64,000 nt of DNA from IMG/VR virus record IMGVR_UViG_2791355422_000001; one strand, given 5' to 3'. Below are positions 1 through 9,818 of the stretch, one piece after another. Every line of letters begins with the position of its first letter. Within the stretch, counting starts at the first letter, position 1. Position numbers and translations under genes: made by a program. This DNA comes from an uncultured virus (IMG/VR IMGVR_UViG_2791355422_000001). Its lineage: Duplodnaviria > Heunggongvirae > Uroviricota > Caudoviricetes. The notes under the pieces are model-generated. The model had not been told where the DNA came from and searched no databases. It was given only the letters and a program-made list of their open reading frames with translations.

Positions 1-1299
1 TTAGGAATCGGGGTCGAACCAGGCCTGCATCGCGGCACGCCCGCGACCGTCGGCCTCCGGCATCATGTGCGCGTAGATCCGAAGAGTGATCGACGGATCG
101 GCATGCCCCAGCCACTTCGAGACTGACACGATCGGCTCGCGCGCATCGAGCTGCACCGATGCGAACGTGTGCCTCAGCGAGTGGAATCCGTGCTCCCGGC
201 TCTCCTCGTACTTGAGGACCGTCCGGGAGTAGCCGGGCCGGTGCCTGACCGGCCTCTTCGAGGCCGCCGGTTCAGGGATCATGCCCACCGCGGCCAGCGC
301 GGGCTTCCAGGCCCGGGTGTCCCATGAGTCCCGGCGTACCGCGCCGCCGCGCGCGGCGGTCACGACCAGCTCGAAGCTGCGGGGCGCCCGCTCCTTGGCC
401 TCCTTCTCGCTCGCCGGCTTGGCGGGGTTCCCCCAGGGCAGGGTCACCTTCTTGGCCGGGAACTCCGCCAAGTGGTCGTGTATGGCCTTTAGAAGGTACG
501 CAGGGACGGGGACAGTGCGTGTCTTCCTGCCCTTCGGTAGCGCGAAGACGAGCTTCGCGCCGACCTTCTTGACCTGCCGGCGCACGTGGATGACTTCGGC
601 CTCGTCGTCGATGTCCTCGACCGCCAGGCCGAGAACCTCGCCCTGACGGAGCCCGGCGCCGACTCCGAGGTCCACCATGACGCGGAACCGGGCCGGGAGC
701 GCGGACCTGACGGCGAGGACTCGGTCTCTCTGCCAGGCCCGAGGCTTGCGCTCTGGCCTGCCGGGAGGGCGGACGGACGTCTGCGAGCGGCAGTAGTTCT
801 TGGTGACCCGCTCGTCGTCCACGGCAGCCTGGAGGATGACGGACAGGTAGCCCCACACTTCATGGACGCTGCCGTCCCCGAGCGCACCCTTGATGGTCTT
901 CAGCCAGGCACGCAACTGCGGGGTCTTGATGCCGTTCAGGGGCGTGGCTCCGAGGTGCGGCAGGATGTGGTTCCAGATGCGGCTCCTGATGGTGGCCTCG
1001 GTGGCCGGATCGGCATAGTCCTGCTCGGGCCACCAGTCGGCCTCCACGTACCGCCGCAGGGAGATGTTGCCGTCGCGCGGGTCGATGAACTCGCCCTTGG
1101 ACGACTCGTGCTGGGCCTTGGCGAGCCAGGCGTTCGCACCTTGGGCGCCGGTGAGCTTCTCGAAACTGCGGTCCTTGACGCCCGGGACGCCGGCGACGCG
1201 GTAGCGCTTGCCCTGCCCGTGGCGGGCGGTCTTGCGTTTCTCGCCGGTCTTGGGATCAGGACGTTTTGTGTACCAGCGGTCCTCGATGTATCCCGGCAA
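1..1299 (-). CDS. int: Tyrosine recombinase/integrase
   Basis: GLRQGE, HSLRHTFAS, LGHADPSITLRIYAH motifs; TTG start after AGGGGG RBS. Confidence 0.95.
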   Translation of the reverse strand: MPGYIEDRWYTKRPDPKTGEKRKTARHGQGKRYRVAGVPGVKDRSFEKLTGAQGANAWLAKAQHESSKGEFIDPRDGNISLRRYVEADWWPEQDYADPATEATIRSRIWNHILPHLGATPLNGIKTPQLRAWLKTIKGALGDGSVHEVWGYLSVILQAAVDDERVTKNYCRSQTSVRPPGRPERKPRAWQRDRVLAVRSALPARFRVMVDLGVGAGLRQGEVLGLAVEDIDDEAEVIHVRRQVKKVGAKLVFALPKGRKTRTVPVPAYLLKAIHDHLAEFPAKKVTLPWGNPAKPASEKEAKERAPRSFELVVTAARGGAVRRDSWDTRAWKPALAAVGMIPEPAASKRPVRHRPGYSRTVLKYEESREHGFHSLRHTFASVQLDAREPIVSVSKWLGHADPSITLRIYAHMMPEADGRGRAAMQAWFDPDS

Positions 1300-1319
1300 T
1301 GTCGCCCCCTGATCAGGAT

Positions 1320-1766
1320 CTAGGCCGCCTTGTCCTCCGGCGAGTCCATGTCGACTATCTCGCCCTGCCACAGCTGGAACCATTGGGCTCCGGCGAGAAA
1401 CTCCTCTATGGCCGGATTGACTGCATGCACGAACTGGTCGACGGTGGCCGTGCGTTCGACCTGGATGTCCACGAGGCCCTTCGTCTCGCGGATGACGACG
1501 TAGTCGCCGGGATCCAGGTCGTGGATGCTGAAGATGACGGACAGCTGGACGGTGCCGCCGCTGCGGGCGACGATCTCGTCGCGCCAGAGCTGGAACCACT
1601 GGGAGCGGTCAAGGAAGGCCGCCATCTCCATGTTCAGGGCGTGGATGTAGTCCTCGATGCGCGCCCACCTGGCAACCCGAACCCGTGTGCCACCGCGTTG
1701 CTCGCTGATCTCGGCGAGCCTCCCGGGCTGAAGATCCTCTACGGCTTCGTATATGACTCGCAGCAT
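1320..1766 (-). CDS. Hypothetical protein with internally duplicated domain
   Basis: Two copies of FL...QWFQLWxxEIV; GGGAGGG RBS. Confidence 0.75.
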   Translation of the reverse strand: MLRVIYEAVEDLQPGRLAEISEQRGGTRVRVARWARIEDYIHALNMEMAAFLDRSQWFQLWRDEIVARSGGTVQLSVIFSIHDLDPGDYVVIRETKGLVDIQVERTATVDQFVHAVNPAIEEFLAGAQWFQLWQGEIVDMDSPEDKAA

Positions 1767-1922
1767 GGCGCCCTCCCACAAGACGGTGCACCTGTGGCAC
1801 GAAAGGCTAAAAGTGCACGGTTGTGGAAGGGTACGACTACTCCTGGGCTCCGACAATCAGTTCTGTAAATGTCTACTTACGGACATTCGTAGTCGTTTGA
1901 CTGGCCATCAGGGTGGGGTGTG

Positions 1923-2360
1923 TTACTCGTCGGCCTCGCGCCGGGCCCGTTCGTCGGCCTCGATCATCATGCGCCAGCGCCGCACGTCCGCCTTGGGCTT
2001 GCCTGCGAGGTGGCCGACGATGATGCGCACCTCTTCGTCGTAGCCGGCGAGTTCGGTTGCCTCGTACTGCAGCCACTGCTCCGCCGTTGCTTCCTGGACC
2101 CGCCGGAGAGGCTTGCCGAGGGCGGCGGCGATGGCTCCCATCCTGGGGAGTGTCGGCGGGTTGACGGGAGGGGTTTTGACGATCTGCTGCAGGTAGGGCT
2201 TGGAGACCGTCTCGCCCGTTTTGGGGTCGATGGCCCTGTCGGCCAGTCGCTGGTAGGACTCGCCGGTGTCGAGCGCGTCCTGGATGAGCTGGGAGAGCGC
2301 GCCCAATCGGGAGGGCGGTTCGGCCGTGCCTGGGTCCGGGGCTGTGGCCGGGGCCGTCAT
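1923..2360 (-). CDS. Putative immunity repressor (XRE-like HTH)
   Basis: HTH-like SYQRLAD..VSKPYLQQIV; divergent from Cro-like gene, upstream of int. Confidence 0.75.
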   Translation of the reverse strand: MTAPATAPDPGTAEPPSRLGALSQLIQDALDTGESYQRLADRAIDPKTGETVSKPYLQQIVKTPPVNPPTLPRMGAIAAALGKPLRRVQEATAEQWLQYEATELAGYDEEVRIIVGHLAGKPKADVRRWRMMIEADERARREADE

Positions 2361-2601
2361 GTCCTGGTCCTCTCGCGTCACGTTCGCACCGACTGTCTCT
2401 ATCCGTGAGTGATGGCGCCGGAAAAGTAGCAGGTCAGTACGTACAACCATCACCTGCTGGAGACGGATCGTCTACAGATCAATGCTATCCGGCCAAGGTT
2501 TTTGCCGATACGCGCATTCAAGTCGTCCAGATTGGTAGACGATTCGTCTCTGTCGTGCTTCACTCGTCTTATCGAGGCCGCTCCGCACCACGGGGGAACC
2601 G

Positions 2602-2880
2602 TTGAGCCGTAGATACACGCTGAAGAGCGCCCAGATCTTCCAGTGGGTCATGAAAAACCCAGGTCGGGGCGCCCCTTACGGATACGACAGCCTGGCGGAA
2701 GCCAGTGGCTGCGGGTCCGGTCTGATTGAGAAGCTCGCCACCGGCAGGCAGAAGACTGCCGACGTGGTGGACGCCCATGCACTCGTGGAGGCCCTTGGGG
2801 TTGCCCTCTTGGTGCTCTTCGCGCCCAAGGCGTCTCCAGAATTGGACGAACCGTCTCCGGAAGATCCCCCCACTGGTTAG
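2602..2880 (+). CDS. Cro-like HTH regulator
   Basis: YDSLAEASGCGSGLIEKLATG; divergent from repressor. Confidence 0.75.
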   Translation: MSRRYTLKSAQIFQWVMKNPGRGAPYGYDSLAEASGCGSGLIEKLATGRQKTADVVDAHALVEALGVALLVLFAPKASPELDEPSPEDPPTG

Positions 2881-2888
2881 GAGTAACC

Positions 2889-3113
2889 GTGCACAACAGG
2901 AAGGGACCCAAGCAGAAGGCGCCCGCAGGGTGCCTCTGGATCGAGGACGCCGCACCCCATATCGGCGTCACCCTCGCAACGCTGCGCAAGTGGCGAGTCC
3001 AGGACAAGGGGCCGAAGGGATTCCCCATCGGCAGGTACGTCGCCTACCGCATCGCGGACCTCGACGGCTACCTCGACGCCCAGTACCGGTCCGCCACCGA
3101 ACCCGCCGCCTAG
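2889..3113 (+). CDS. Excisionase/AlpA-like HTH protein
   Basis: AAPHIGVTLATLRKWR..GP...IGRYVAYRIADLD. Confidence 0.8.
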   Translation: MHNRKGPKQKAPAGCLWIEDAAPHIGVTLATLRKWRVQDKGPKGFPIGRYVAYRIADLDGYLDAQYRSATEPAA

Positions 3114-3235
3114 AGCGGCAAACGGCCCCACCCGCCGGTTTCTGGCGAGTCACCGGCAGACGGGGCCTTGTGAGGCCGCCGCTAGCGGCCTCGACGCACC
3201 ACCCCACCCGAATCACGAAACGAAAGGGGCAGCAC

Positions 3236-4054
3236 GTGCAGCCTCAATCATCACCTGAGTCGCGTGCGGTCGTGAAACTCGATCTGTCCGCAGGCTCCAT
3301 CCACACCACTCTGGTCGACGGTCAGCCGCACATCGTGCTGAAGCCCGCCATCGAAGACCTCGGCCTCGACTACTCGACTCAGCTGGCCAAGCTGCGTAGC
3401 CGTTCGTGGGCATCCGTGGGGCAGAGCCCCATGGTTGCGGAAGACGGCAAGACCCGGACCATGACGGTCGTCCCGGTCCGCACGTTCCTGATGCTCCTGG
3501 CGACGGTGAACGAGAACCGCGTCGCCGAGTCGATCCGCCCGACGCTGGTCGCGTTCCAGAACGAGACCGCGGACGCGATCGAGGCGTACTGGACGCAGGG
3601 CGGCGCCATCAACCCGCGCGCCACCGAGGACCAGCTGGACTCGCTGATCTCGCGGGCGAAGCAGCAGGCGGAGGTGCTGTCGATCCTGGCGCCGATCGTC
3701 TCGCCGGAGTGGCTGGAGACGAAGGGCCGCCTGGTCGCCGCCCGCGCGCTGGGCGAGGAGCCGGAGGTTGATCCGCTCGACGTGCCGCTGTACGTCCCGG
3801 ACTTCCTCAAGGGCAAGGGTCTGAAGCGCAAGCAGATCGAGTCCGTGCAGTCTTGGTTCGGCCGGCGGGCTGCCGCCCTGTACGAGGCGGAGCACGGCGA
3901 GGAGATCGGGAAGCGCCAGTCGGACCTGCCGAACGGTTCGGTGCGCGAGACGAAGGCGTGGACGGCGCGGCATCTGCCGGTGTTCGAGGAGACGTGGTCC
4001 CGTCACTACGCCGACCAGTACCCGCAGCAGGGAGAGCTGGGGGCGGCGTCATGA
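3236..4054 (+). CDS. Phage antirepressor (P22 Ant N-terminal-like)
   Basis: LKPAIEDLGLDYSTQLAKL, AEDGKTRTM, FQNETADAIEAYWTQGGAINPR. Confidence 0.85.
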   Translation: MQPQSSPESRAVVKLDLSAGSIHTTLVDGQPHIVLKPAIEDLGLDYSTQLAKLRSRSWASVGQSPMVAEDGKTRTMTVVPVRTFLMLLATVNENRVAESIRPTLVAFQNETADAIEAYWTQGGAINPRATEDQLDSLISRAKQQAEVLSILAPIVSPEWLETKGRLVAARALGEEPEVDPLDVPLYVPDFLKGKGLKRKQIESVQSWFGRRAAALYEAEHGEEIGKRQSDLPNGSVRETKAWTARHLPVFEETWSRHYADQYPQQGELGAAS

Positions 4055-4302
4055 GGCAGCCCCTGAAGTTCCCGATCTCTGACGCTGTCGCCGCGTTCGG
4101 TGTGCAGCACCGCCCTGCGGGTGTGTTCGAGGCGGCCGTGCAGATGGCTGACGCTGAGCGTGAGCTGGGCCGTCTGCGTCCGCTCGGCTCGGTCGAGGAC
4201 CAGGGCGACCGCGAGACGGTGCTGGGTCTGTACGCGCAGGCCGACAAGGTTCTGTCCGCGCACGCCGAGCGTGTCGGCTCCGAGCTGAGGAGCCTGTCAT
4301 GA
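4051..4302 (+). CDS. Phage hypothetical protein
   Basis: ATGA-coupled ORF. Confidence 0.65.
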   Translation: MRQPLKFPISDAVAAFGVQHRPAGVFEAAVQMADAERELGRLRPLGSVEDQGDRETVLGLYAQADKVLSAHAERVGSELRSLS

Positions 4303-4496
4303 GCGCCCGCCAGTACCCGATCCGTCCGGTGTCGGACGACGACGCTCGTTTCACCTTCGGCCTGACGGCCGATGTCGCTCAGGTGCTTGAGGAGCACGGC
4401 TATCCGAAGGTCGAGAACGGCCTGGACTTCGTCGACCTGCAGCAGGCGCTGTACCGGTTCCTCTACGGCAGGGCCGAGGGCGGTGAGGGCCGATGA
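4299..4496 (+). CDS. Phage hypothetical protein
   Basis: ATGA-coupled ORF. Confidence 0.7.
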   Translation: MSARQYPIRPVSDDDARFTFGLTADVAQVLEEHGYPKVENGLDFVDLQQALYRFLYGRAEGGEGR

Positions 4497-4918
4497 CCGC
4501 CCGCCTGTCGCCGCAGCGCGACCTCGCAAAGGCCTTCCACGGCGCAAGCCGCGAGGAGCTCGTGAAACTGGTTCTTGGTGAACGTGCACGTGCGGATGCC
4601 AACGGGCGGCGCGCGGACTCGATGGAGGCGGACCTCGGCGAGGCAGGCGGCGAGTTGGCTGCGGTCCGCGCCGATCTCGCCGAGGCCCGCCAGCGGTTGG
4701 CGGCCGTCCAGGCCACGTCGAAGCAGCTGCTGCGCCGCGTGCGCGAGTTGGAGCGCCCGATGGTCGAGGCGCACCGCAACGAGGTCCGCCAGTCCTTTGT
4801 CGAGCTGCTCACCGCCTGCGAGGAGGCCAAGGACTACGAGGGCGGCTTCGACGTCCAGTGCCTCCTCCGCGAGCACGAGGAGCAGTGGAAGCGCGACGAC
4901 GAGGGGGCGGCCCGATGA
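4493..4918 (+). CDS. Coiled-coil hypothetical protein
   Basis: ATGA-coupled ORF, heptad-like composition. Confidence 0.7.
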   Translation: MTARLSPQRDLAKAFHGASREELVKLVLGERARADANGRRADSMEADLGEAGGELAAVRADLAEARQRLAAVQATSKQLLRRVRELERPMVEAHRNEVRQSFVELLTACEEAKDYEGGFDVQCLLREHEEQWKRDDEGAAR

Positions 4919-5118
4919 CCGCGAACCCGATCGAGCGCCTGGATACCGCGCTCGCCGTCGTTGAGGTGGAGGCCCTGCTGCTGGCCGGCCGTGTTGCCGA
5001 GCAGCGGCACCAGCTCGACCCGTTCGACAGCGCGTTCTCCGCGCTGGCCTGCGCGCACCCAGAAGCGTGCGCCTGTCCCGCCGATTACCCCGACTGGCGC
5101 CCCGGAGGTGCCGCATGA
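4915..5118 (+). CDS. Phage hypothetical protein
   Basis: ATGA-coupled ORF. Confidence 0.6.
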   Translation: MTANPIERLDTALAVVEVEALLLAGRVAEQRHQLDPFDSAFSALACAHPEACACPADYPDWRPGGAA

Positions 5119-5333
5119 CCGAGACCCGTATCAGCCAGGCCCTGATCATGCTGGGCGGTGAGCCACAGGACATCGTCCTCGACGTCCACGACGGGCACGT
5201 CACCCTCGCCCTCGGAACCGTCGCCGCGATCAGTCTCGACGGCGCCCCGCCCGAGGTGCTGTTCCGGGCGGCGTCGCTGCTCGCCGACGCCGCCGCCATG
5301 AAGACCCAGCAGCTCCGGACGGTGGTCGCATGA
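5115..5333 (+). CDS. Phage hypothetical protein
   Basis: GGAGG RBS, ATGA coupling. Confidence 0.65.
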   Translation: MTETRISQALIMLGGEPQDIVLDVHDGHVTLALGTVAAISLDGAPPEVLFRAASLLADAAAMKTQQLRTVVA

Positions 5334-5821
5334 GCACTCTCCTGCCCGAGTCCGGCGACCTCGTCGAGAACCTCCTCACCGCGATGGACCAGGACTACTG
5401 CACCGTGTACGGCCCGCACCCCGAGGACTGGCCGAAGGGCGTGCGCGGCGAGTACCTGGAGCGGCTGAAGGCCCGCCGCACGATGAACCACGAATCCCAC
5501 CCGCTGCACCCGCGCCGCTCCTCGGCCGGGCGTCGGCGCCGGCATGTGAAACAGCTGCCGCACCGCATCCAGCAGATCGCCCCCGGCGCGAGGACCGTCC
5601 TGGTGACCCCCGTGTGGACGGATACGCACGGCCCGATGGAACGCGTCTACGTCGTCACCGCCCGCGCCCACGACCGCGAGCAACGTCTTCCGTTGCCTGT
5701 CGGCGGCTCCTACCGCATCGCGGCCCTGCTGCGCGGTGCCTTCCCGACGGCCGACTGGGACCTGCCGCAGACGTGGCGGGCCGACACCAACACGCTCACC
5801 ACATGGAAGGCGGCGTCATGA
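5330..5821 (+). CDS. Phage hypothetical protein
   Basis: ATGA-coupled ORF. Confidence 0.7.
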   Translation: MSTLLPESGDLVENLLTAMDQDYCTVYGPHPEDWPKGVRGEYLERLKARRTMNHESHPLHPRRSSAGRRRRHVKQLPHRIQQIAPGARTVLVTPVWTDTHGPMERVYVVTARAHDREQRLPLPVGGSYRIAALLRGAFPTADWDLPQTWRADTNTLTTWKAAS

Positions 5822-6099
5822 CCGACATGCTCACCCCGCCCGACACCGCCGCCCTGAAGCGGACGGTGGCCCGCCTGGAGAACGAACTCGCCGCCGAGCA
5901 GCGCCACAACACCGAATTGCGGCAGCTCGCATCACAGCAGGCCGATCGCCTCCAGCAGGCGCAGGCGGAGAACGAATCCGCCTACCGCAGCCTGTACGAC
6001 GCCGCGTCCGGCCCGCACTTCTGCAAGGACCACCCTTTCGGTGAACTCACCGCCCGGCCCCGGCCCGGCATCCGCGACCTCGCCAAGGGGGAATCGTGA
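5818..6099 (+). CDS. Coiled-coil hypothetical protein
   Basis: ATGA-coupled ORF. Confidence 0.65.
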   Translation: MTDMLTPPDTAALKRTVARLENELAAEQRHNTELRQLASQQADRLQQAQAENESAYRSLYDAASGPHFCKDHPFGELTARPRPGIRDLAKGES

Positions 6100-6452
6100 C
6101 TACGGCCACCCCGCCCACGCTCACCGCCGCCGATCTGTGCGACCGGGCCGCCGACGTGATCGAACGTAACGGCTTCAACCAGCGCCACCTGTACGACGAC
6201 CACCAGGCTGCCGGCGGAACCCCGCTGCCCGACTGCCGCGTGGACCTGTTCGGCGCCCTGAACATCGCCGACCACGGCTGGCCGCGCTACGACGGCGCAG
6301 GCCGCACCGAGGCCGCCGAACGGGCCCTGCAGATCCACCTCGGCGTCGGCAACCTCGGCCGGTGGAACGACGCCCCCGAACGCACCCAGGCGGACGTCGT
6401 GCAGGCATTCCGGGAGACCGCCGCCGGGCTGCGCAAGGAGGCCGGGGCATGA
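6096..6452 (+). CDS. DUF6197-like protein
   Basis: AADVIERNG..GAL..WNDAPERTQADVV; related to 32961-33821. Confidence 0.7.
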   Translation: MTTATPPTLTAADLCDRAADVIERNGFNQRHLYDDHQAAGGTPLPDCRVDLFGALNIADHGWPRYDGAGRTEAAERALQIHLGVGNLGRWNDAPERTQADVVQAFRETAAGLRKEAGA

Positions 6453-6964
6453 GCATCACCCAGGATCTCCGCACCCGCCGCAAGCACCGCGGCAAGAGTC
6501 CGTGGGAACTGGTACGGGAGGTCGGCCGGCTGGAGCGTGAGGCCGACAGCGCGGCCTGCCAGCTCGTCGCGCTCACCACCGAAGTCGAAGCGCTCAAGGT
6601 TCAGCGCGACCAGTGGCAGGCCGACTTCGACCGGGCCGCCATCGCCTACTCCGGCCTTCTTGAGGACCTTCGCGAAGTGAATGCCGACCGCGACGCCGAT
6701 GCCGCTGAACTCGCCGAGCTTCGTGCCTTCAAGGCGAACGCCGAGGCGGTCACCGTCCCGCCGCTGGAACGCGACACCACTGCGATCGAGGACCAGGCCA
6801 CCGGGCCGATCGACGTCAGCGAACTCCGCGCCGAGTACGACGCGCCGGTGCCGCTGCACCAGTCGCCGATGGCCGCGGTCACCGACCCCGGGCAGGCGCA
6901 GGCCGCCAGCTGGGGCGTTGACGACACGCAGCCCATCCCGAAGACGGCGCCACCCGCCGCCTAA
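6449..6964 (+). CDS. Coiled-coil hypothetical protein
   Basis: GGAGG RBS, ATGA coupling. Confidence 0.7.
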   Translation: MSITQDLRTRRKHRGKSPWELVREVGRLEREADSAACQLVALTTEVEALKVQRDQWQADFDRAAIAYSGLLEDLREVNADRDADAAELAELRAFKANAEAVTVPPLERDTTAIEDQATGPIDVSELRAEYDAPVPLHQSPMAAVTDPGQAQAASWGVDDTQPIPKTAPPAA

Positions 6965-7029
6965 AACTCCGCCGGCCGGGCGGTGACCCGCTCCCGCACC
7001 GGCCGGCGGCCAACCACTTGGAGAACCCT

Positions 7030-7176
7030 GTGAACGAGACCACCATGATCGCCACCCAGGACACGCTGTTTCCCCTGGCCGACCTGAAGGTCCGCGGCTA
7101 CGCCACCCCCGAACTCTGCATCGATGAAACCGAGACCGGCACGGGTGACGCCGCCGACGGCGGTGACGACCAGTGA
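7030..7176 (+). CDS. Small acidic protein (48 aa)
   Basis: GGAG RBS + GTG; stop overlaps next start. Confidence 0.5.
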   Translation: MNETTMIATQDTLFPLADLKVRGYATPELCIDETETGTGDAADGGDDQ

Positions 7177-8387
7177 GGTCTGCTGCCCGCGACGGCCGGG
7201 ACATGGTGCCCGGCATGCCGGACGGGGTGGAGAAGAAGCCGCCGAAGGCCACCGATGATGAGGCGTGGCGGGCCCGCACGCTAGAGGAAGCCGAGCAGCG
7301 CACCTTCGAGCTCCTCGACCAGGCAATCATCAAGTACACGACCGGCAACGTGATCATCACAGTGTCGGAGGGGAAGCGGAAGGGCTACAGCGTCGACCGC
7401 GGGCCGCGCGAAGTGGCCGCAATCTTCGGCCTGTACTCGGGCGGCAACGACTCCGTCGTCGTGCAGCACATACTGCGCCGCTACCTTGCCGCCCGACCGC
7501 TGTTTCGCCACTACTTCCGCGGCATGGTCCACGTAAACACCGGCATCGCCATCAAGAAGACGACGCTGCACGTCCGGCAGGTCGCCGACATGTGGGGGAT
7601 CAAGCTCGAAGAGCTCCACCCCAAGGTCACCTACCTGGACTTGGTTCTCGGCAACGTGAAGTCGACCCGCGGCCCCAACATCGGGCGTGCCGTATGGCGT
7701 GGCTTCCCTGGCCCGGGCGGTGACGGGCAGCCCCACAACGTCATGTACACCCGCCTCAAGGACCAGCCGCTGCAGGAGCTGCGGGGGCGATATGTCGGCC
7801 GCCAGGGCGTCCGCCGTAAGGCCATGTACATCAGCGGGCTGCGCTGGGACGAGTCCGACAAGCGGTTCCGTAACGCCGAGGAGATCGACGAGAAGGGCGG
7901 CATCGTCTGGGTCGGTGCGATCGTCCACTGGACCAACGCCCACATGCGCGAGTACCGGACCAAGTGGCGCTGCGACAAGGTTCATCGGCACGAGCCACAC
8001 CGCATGTGCTTCGACGAAGCGCTGCCACTCAACGAGGTCACCGCCAACCTGCACATGTCCGGGGACTGCACCTGCGGCTGCTATGCGAAGCCCGACGAGC
8101 TCGACGAGATCGCCTTCTTCCATCCGGACGACGCCGCAGACATTCGTGAACGTGAGCGCATAGTCCGGGAAGCCGGGATCGCCGCCTGCAAATGGGGCAA
8201 GGTCCCGCCACCCGGGTTCAACCAGCAGCCGGCCGGCCCCGAGGAGATCGTCACCGCCGACCTGTGCCGAAGCTGCACACCCGGCCTCATCCAGGGATCC
8301 CTCGAAGACGACTGGCTTGCCGCCGGACTCATCACCGAAGACCAGCACCGCAATCTGCGGGCCGACCGCTACGAGGAGGCGTCATGA
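7173..8387 (+). CDS. PAPS reductase-like PP-loop protein
   Basis: SGGNDS PP-loop, VNTGI, GLRWDES..R, SGDCTCGCY. Confidence 0.8.
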   Translation: MRSAARDGRDMVPGMPDGVEKKPPKATDDEAWRARTLEEAEQRTFELLDQAIIKYTTGNVIITVSEGKRKGYSVDRGPREVAAIFGLYSGGNDSVVVQHILRRYLAARPLFRHYFRGMVHVNTGIAIKKTTLHVRQVADMWGIKLEELHPKVTYLDLVLGNVKSTRGPNIGRAVWRGFPGPGGDGQPHNVMYTRLKDQPLQELRGRYVGRQGVRRKAMYISGLRWDESDKRFRNAEEIDEKGGIVWVGAIVHWTNAHMREYRTKWRCDKVHRHEPHRMCFDEALPLNEVTANLHMSGDCTCGCYAKPDELDEIAFFHPDDAADIRERERIVREAGIAACKWGKVPPPGFNQQPAGPEEIVTADLCRSCTPGLIQGSLEDDWLAAGLITEDQHRNLRADRYEEAS

Positions 8388-9499
8388 AACTGCAGCTTGA
8401 ACAGGCCGAGTTGGCGGATGCCGCCCGCTGGATCGCCCGCCACATCCCGCACAAGGCCGCCGAGCCGACCACACTCGCCGTGCTGCTCACCGCCCACGAG
8501 GACGGTCTGACCGTCGCCTACTCCGACACAGAGATCACCGCGTCGGTCACCGTCGACGCCCACGTTGTCACGCCCGGCCGGCACTCCATTGGCGGGCGCA
8601 TGTTCTCCGACATCCTCAGCGCGCTGCCGCCGGTGGCCATCGACCTGACCGGCGACGACAACGGCGTCGACCTGACTGCCGGAACCAACGACTTCCACCT
8701 GGAGCCGCTGGACGCCCGCAGCTACCCGTCCCTGCCGTCCATGCCGCCCCTGTCCGGAAGCGTCCCGGGCGACCTTTTCGCCACGGCAGTCGCGAGTGTG
8801 GCATCCGCCTATAACGACACCGTCGAAGCGGTGCCCTCGCTCGGCGGCATCCGCATCATGCCGATCGAAGGTGACCGGCTGCAGTTCCTGGCAACTGACC
8901 GCTACCGGGTGCCCATCCGAACCATCCCGTGGATGTCGTCCGGCGAAGCCGTCCCGGCGCTGCTGCCCGGCCGGGCCCTGGCAGACATCGCGAAGACGGC
9001 AGGTGGCGCCCACGAAGTGCAACTGTCGTTGACCTCCGGTCTGGCTGGCATTCAGACCGGGGAGCGCACCTCGGTCAGCCGGCTCATGGACATCACCTCG
9101 TTTCCGGCCGCCGACCGGCTGTTCCCGAAGGAGTTCGTGGCGACCCTCACCTGCGACACCGAGGAGCTCGTTGAAGCGGTCAAGCGGATCCGGCTCCTCC
9201 TTGAGGGCGCTCAGGCGATCGAGCTCTGCGCCACCCCGGACCAGCTGACCGTGCAGGCCATGCGCAACGTCAAAGCGACAGGGAAGGCCCGCATCGCCTG
9301 CCAGTTGGAGGGCGCCGACACCTTCGATATCGCCTTCGACCCGCAGTTCCTGCTGGATGCGCTCCAGCCCGTCGAGGGGCCTGTGGCGATCGACATGAAT
9401 ACGCCGATCAAGCCGGTCGTCGTGTGCCCGACCGACGGCGAGGGCGACTACCGCTGCCTGCTCATGCCGATCCGCGACCCCGAGAAGGCGGCTGGCTGA
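8384..9499 (+). CDS. dnaN: DNA polymerase III beta sliding clamp-like protein
   Basis: 371 aa; ATDRYR, AFDPQFLLDAL, KPVV..YRCLLMPIR. Confidence 0.9.
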   Translation: MKLQLEQAELADAARWIARHIPHKAAEPTTLAVLLTAHEDGLTVAYSDTEITASVTVDAHVVTPGRHSIGGRMFSDILSALPPVAIDLTGDDNGVDLTAGTNDFHLEPLDARSYPSLPSMPPLSGSVPGDLFATAVASVASAYNDTVEAVPSLGGIRIMPIEGDRLQFLATDRYRVPIRTIPWMSSGEAVPALLPGRALADIAKTAGGAHEVQLSLTSGLAGIQTGERTSVSRLMDITSFPAADRLFPKEFVATLTCDTEELVEAVKRIRLLLEGAQAIELCATPDQLTVQAMRNVKATGKARIACQLEGADTFDIAFDPQFLLDALQPVEGPVAIDMNTPIKPVVVCPTDGEGDYRCLLMPIRDPEKAAG

Positions 9500-9687
9500 T
9501 GAACCCCGACGACCTGGCCCGGTTCCGCGACGAGGAAGGCCGCAAGTGGGTGCTCGTCCTCGACCCCGAGGGCCCGCGCCTCTACCGCATCGAACGTGAC
9601 GGCTCCCGCGAAGGCCCCCACGAATGGGGCCCCGTCACCTGGGAGCACACCCTGACCCGCCTCTGCCCGCCGCCAGCGGACCTCTGA
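9499..9687 (+). CDS. Phage hypothetical protein
   Basis: TGATG coupling. Confidence 0.55.
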   Translation: MNPDDLARFRDEEGRKWVLVLDPEGPRLYRIERDGSREGPHEWGPVTWEHTLTRLCPPPADL

Positions 9688-9818
9688 CCACAACCCCATA
9701 CCCGCCGTGTCGAGCGAGCCAGGCCAGCTCCGCGGCATCCCAGGGCAGCTCGCCCCGCATCCACCCCCCCGGTCGGGGCGAGCTGCCAGCCCCTCAGCAC
9801 ACCCTCAAGGAGCGTCAC

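Noticed and set aside
1300..1599. Integrase N-terminal extension in the ORF track
   Set aside because: Overlaps the upstream gene; the RBS supports TTG at 1299
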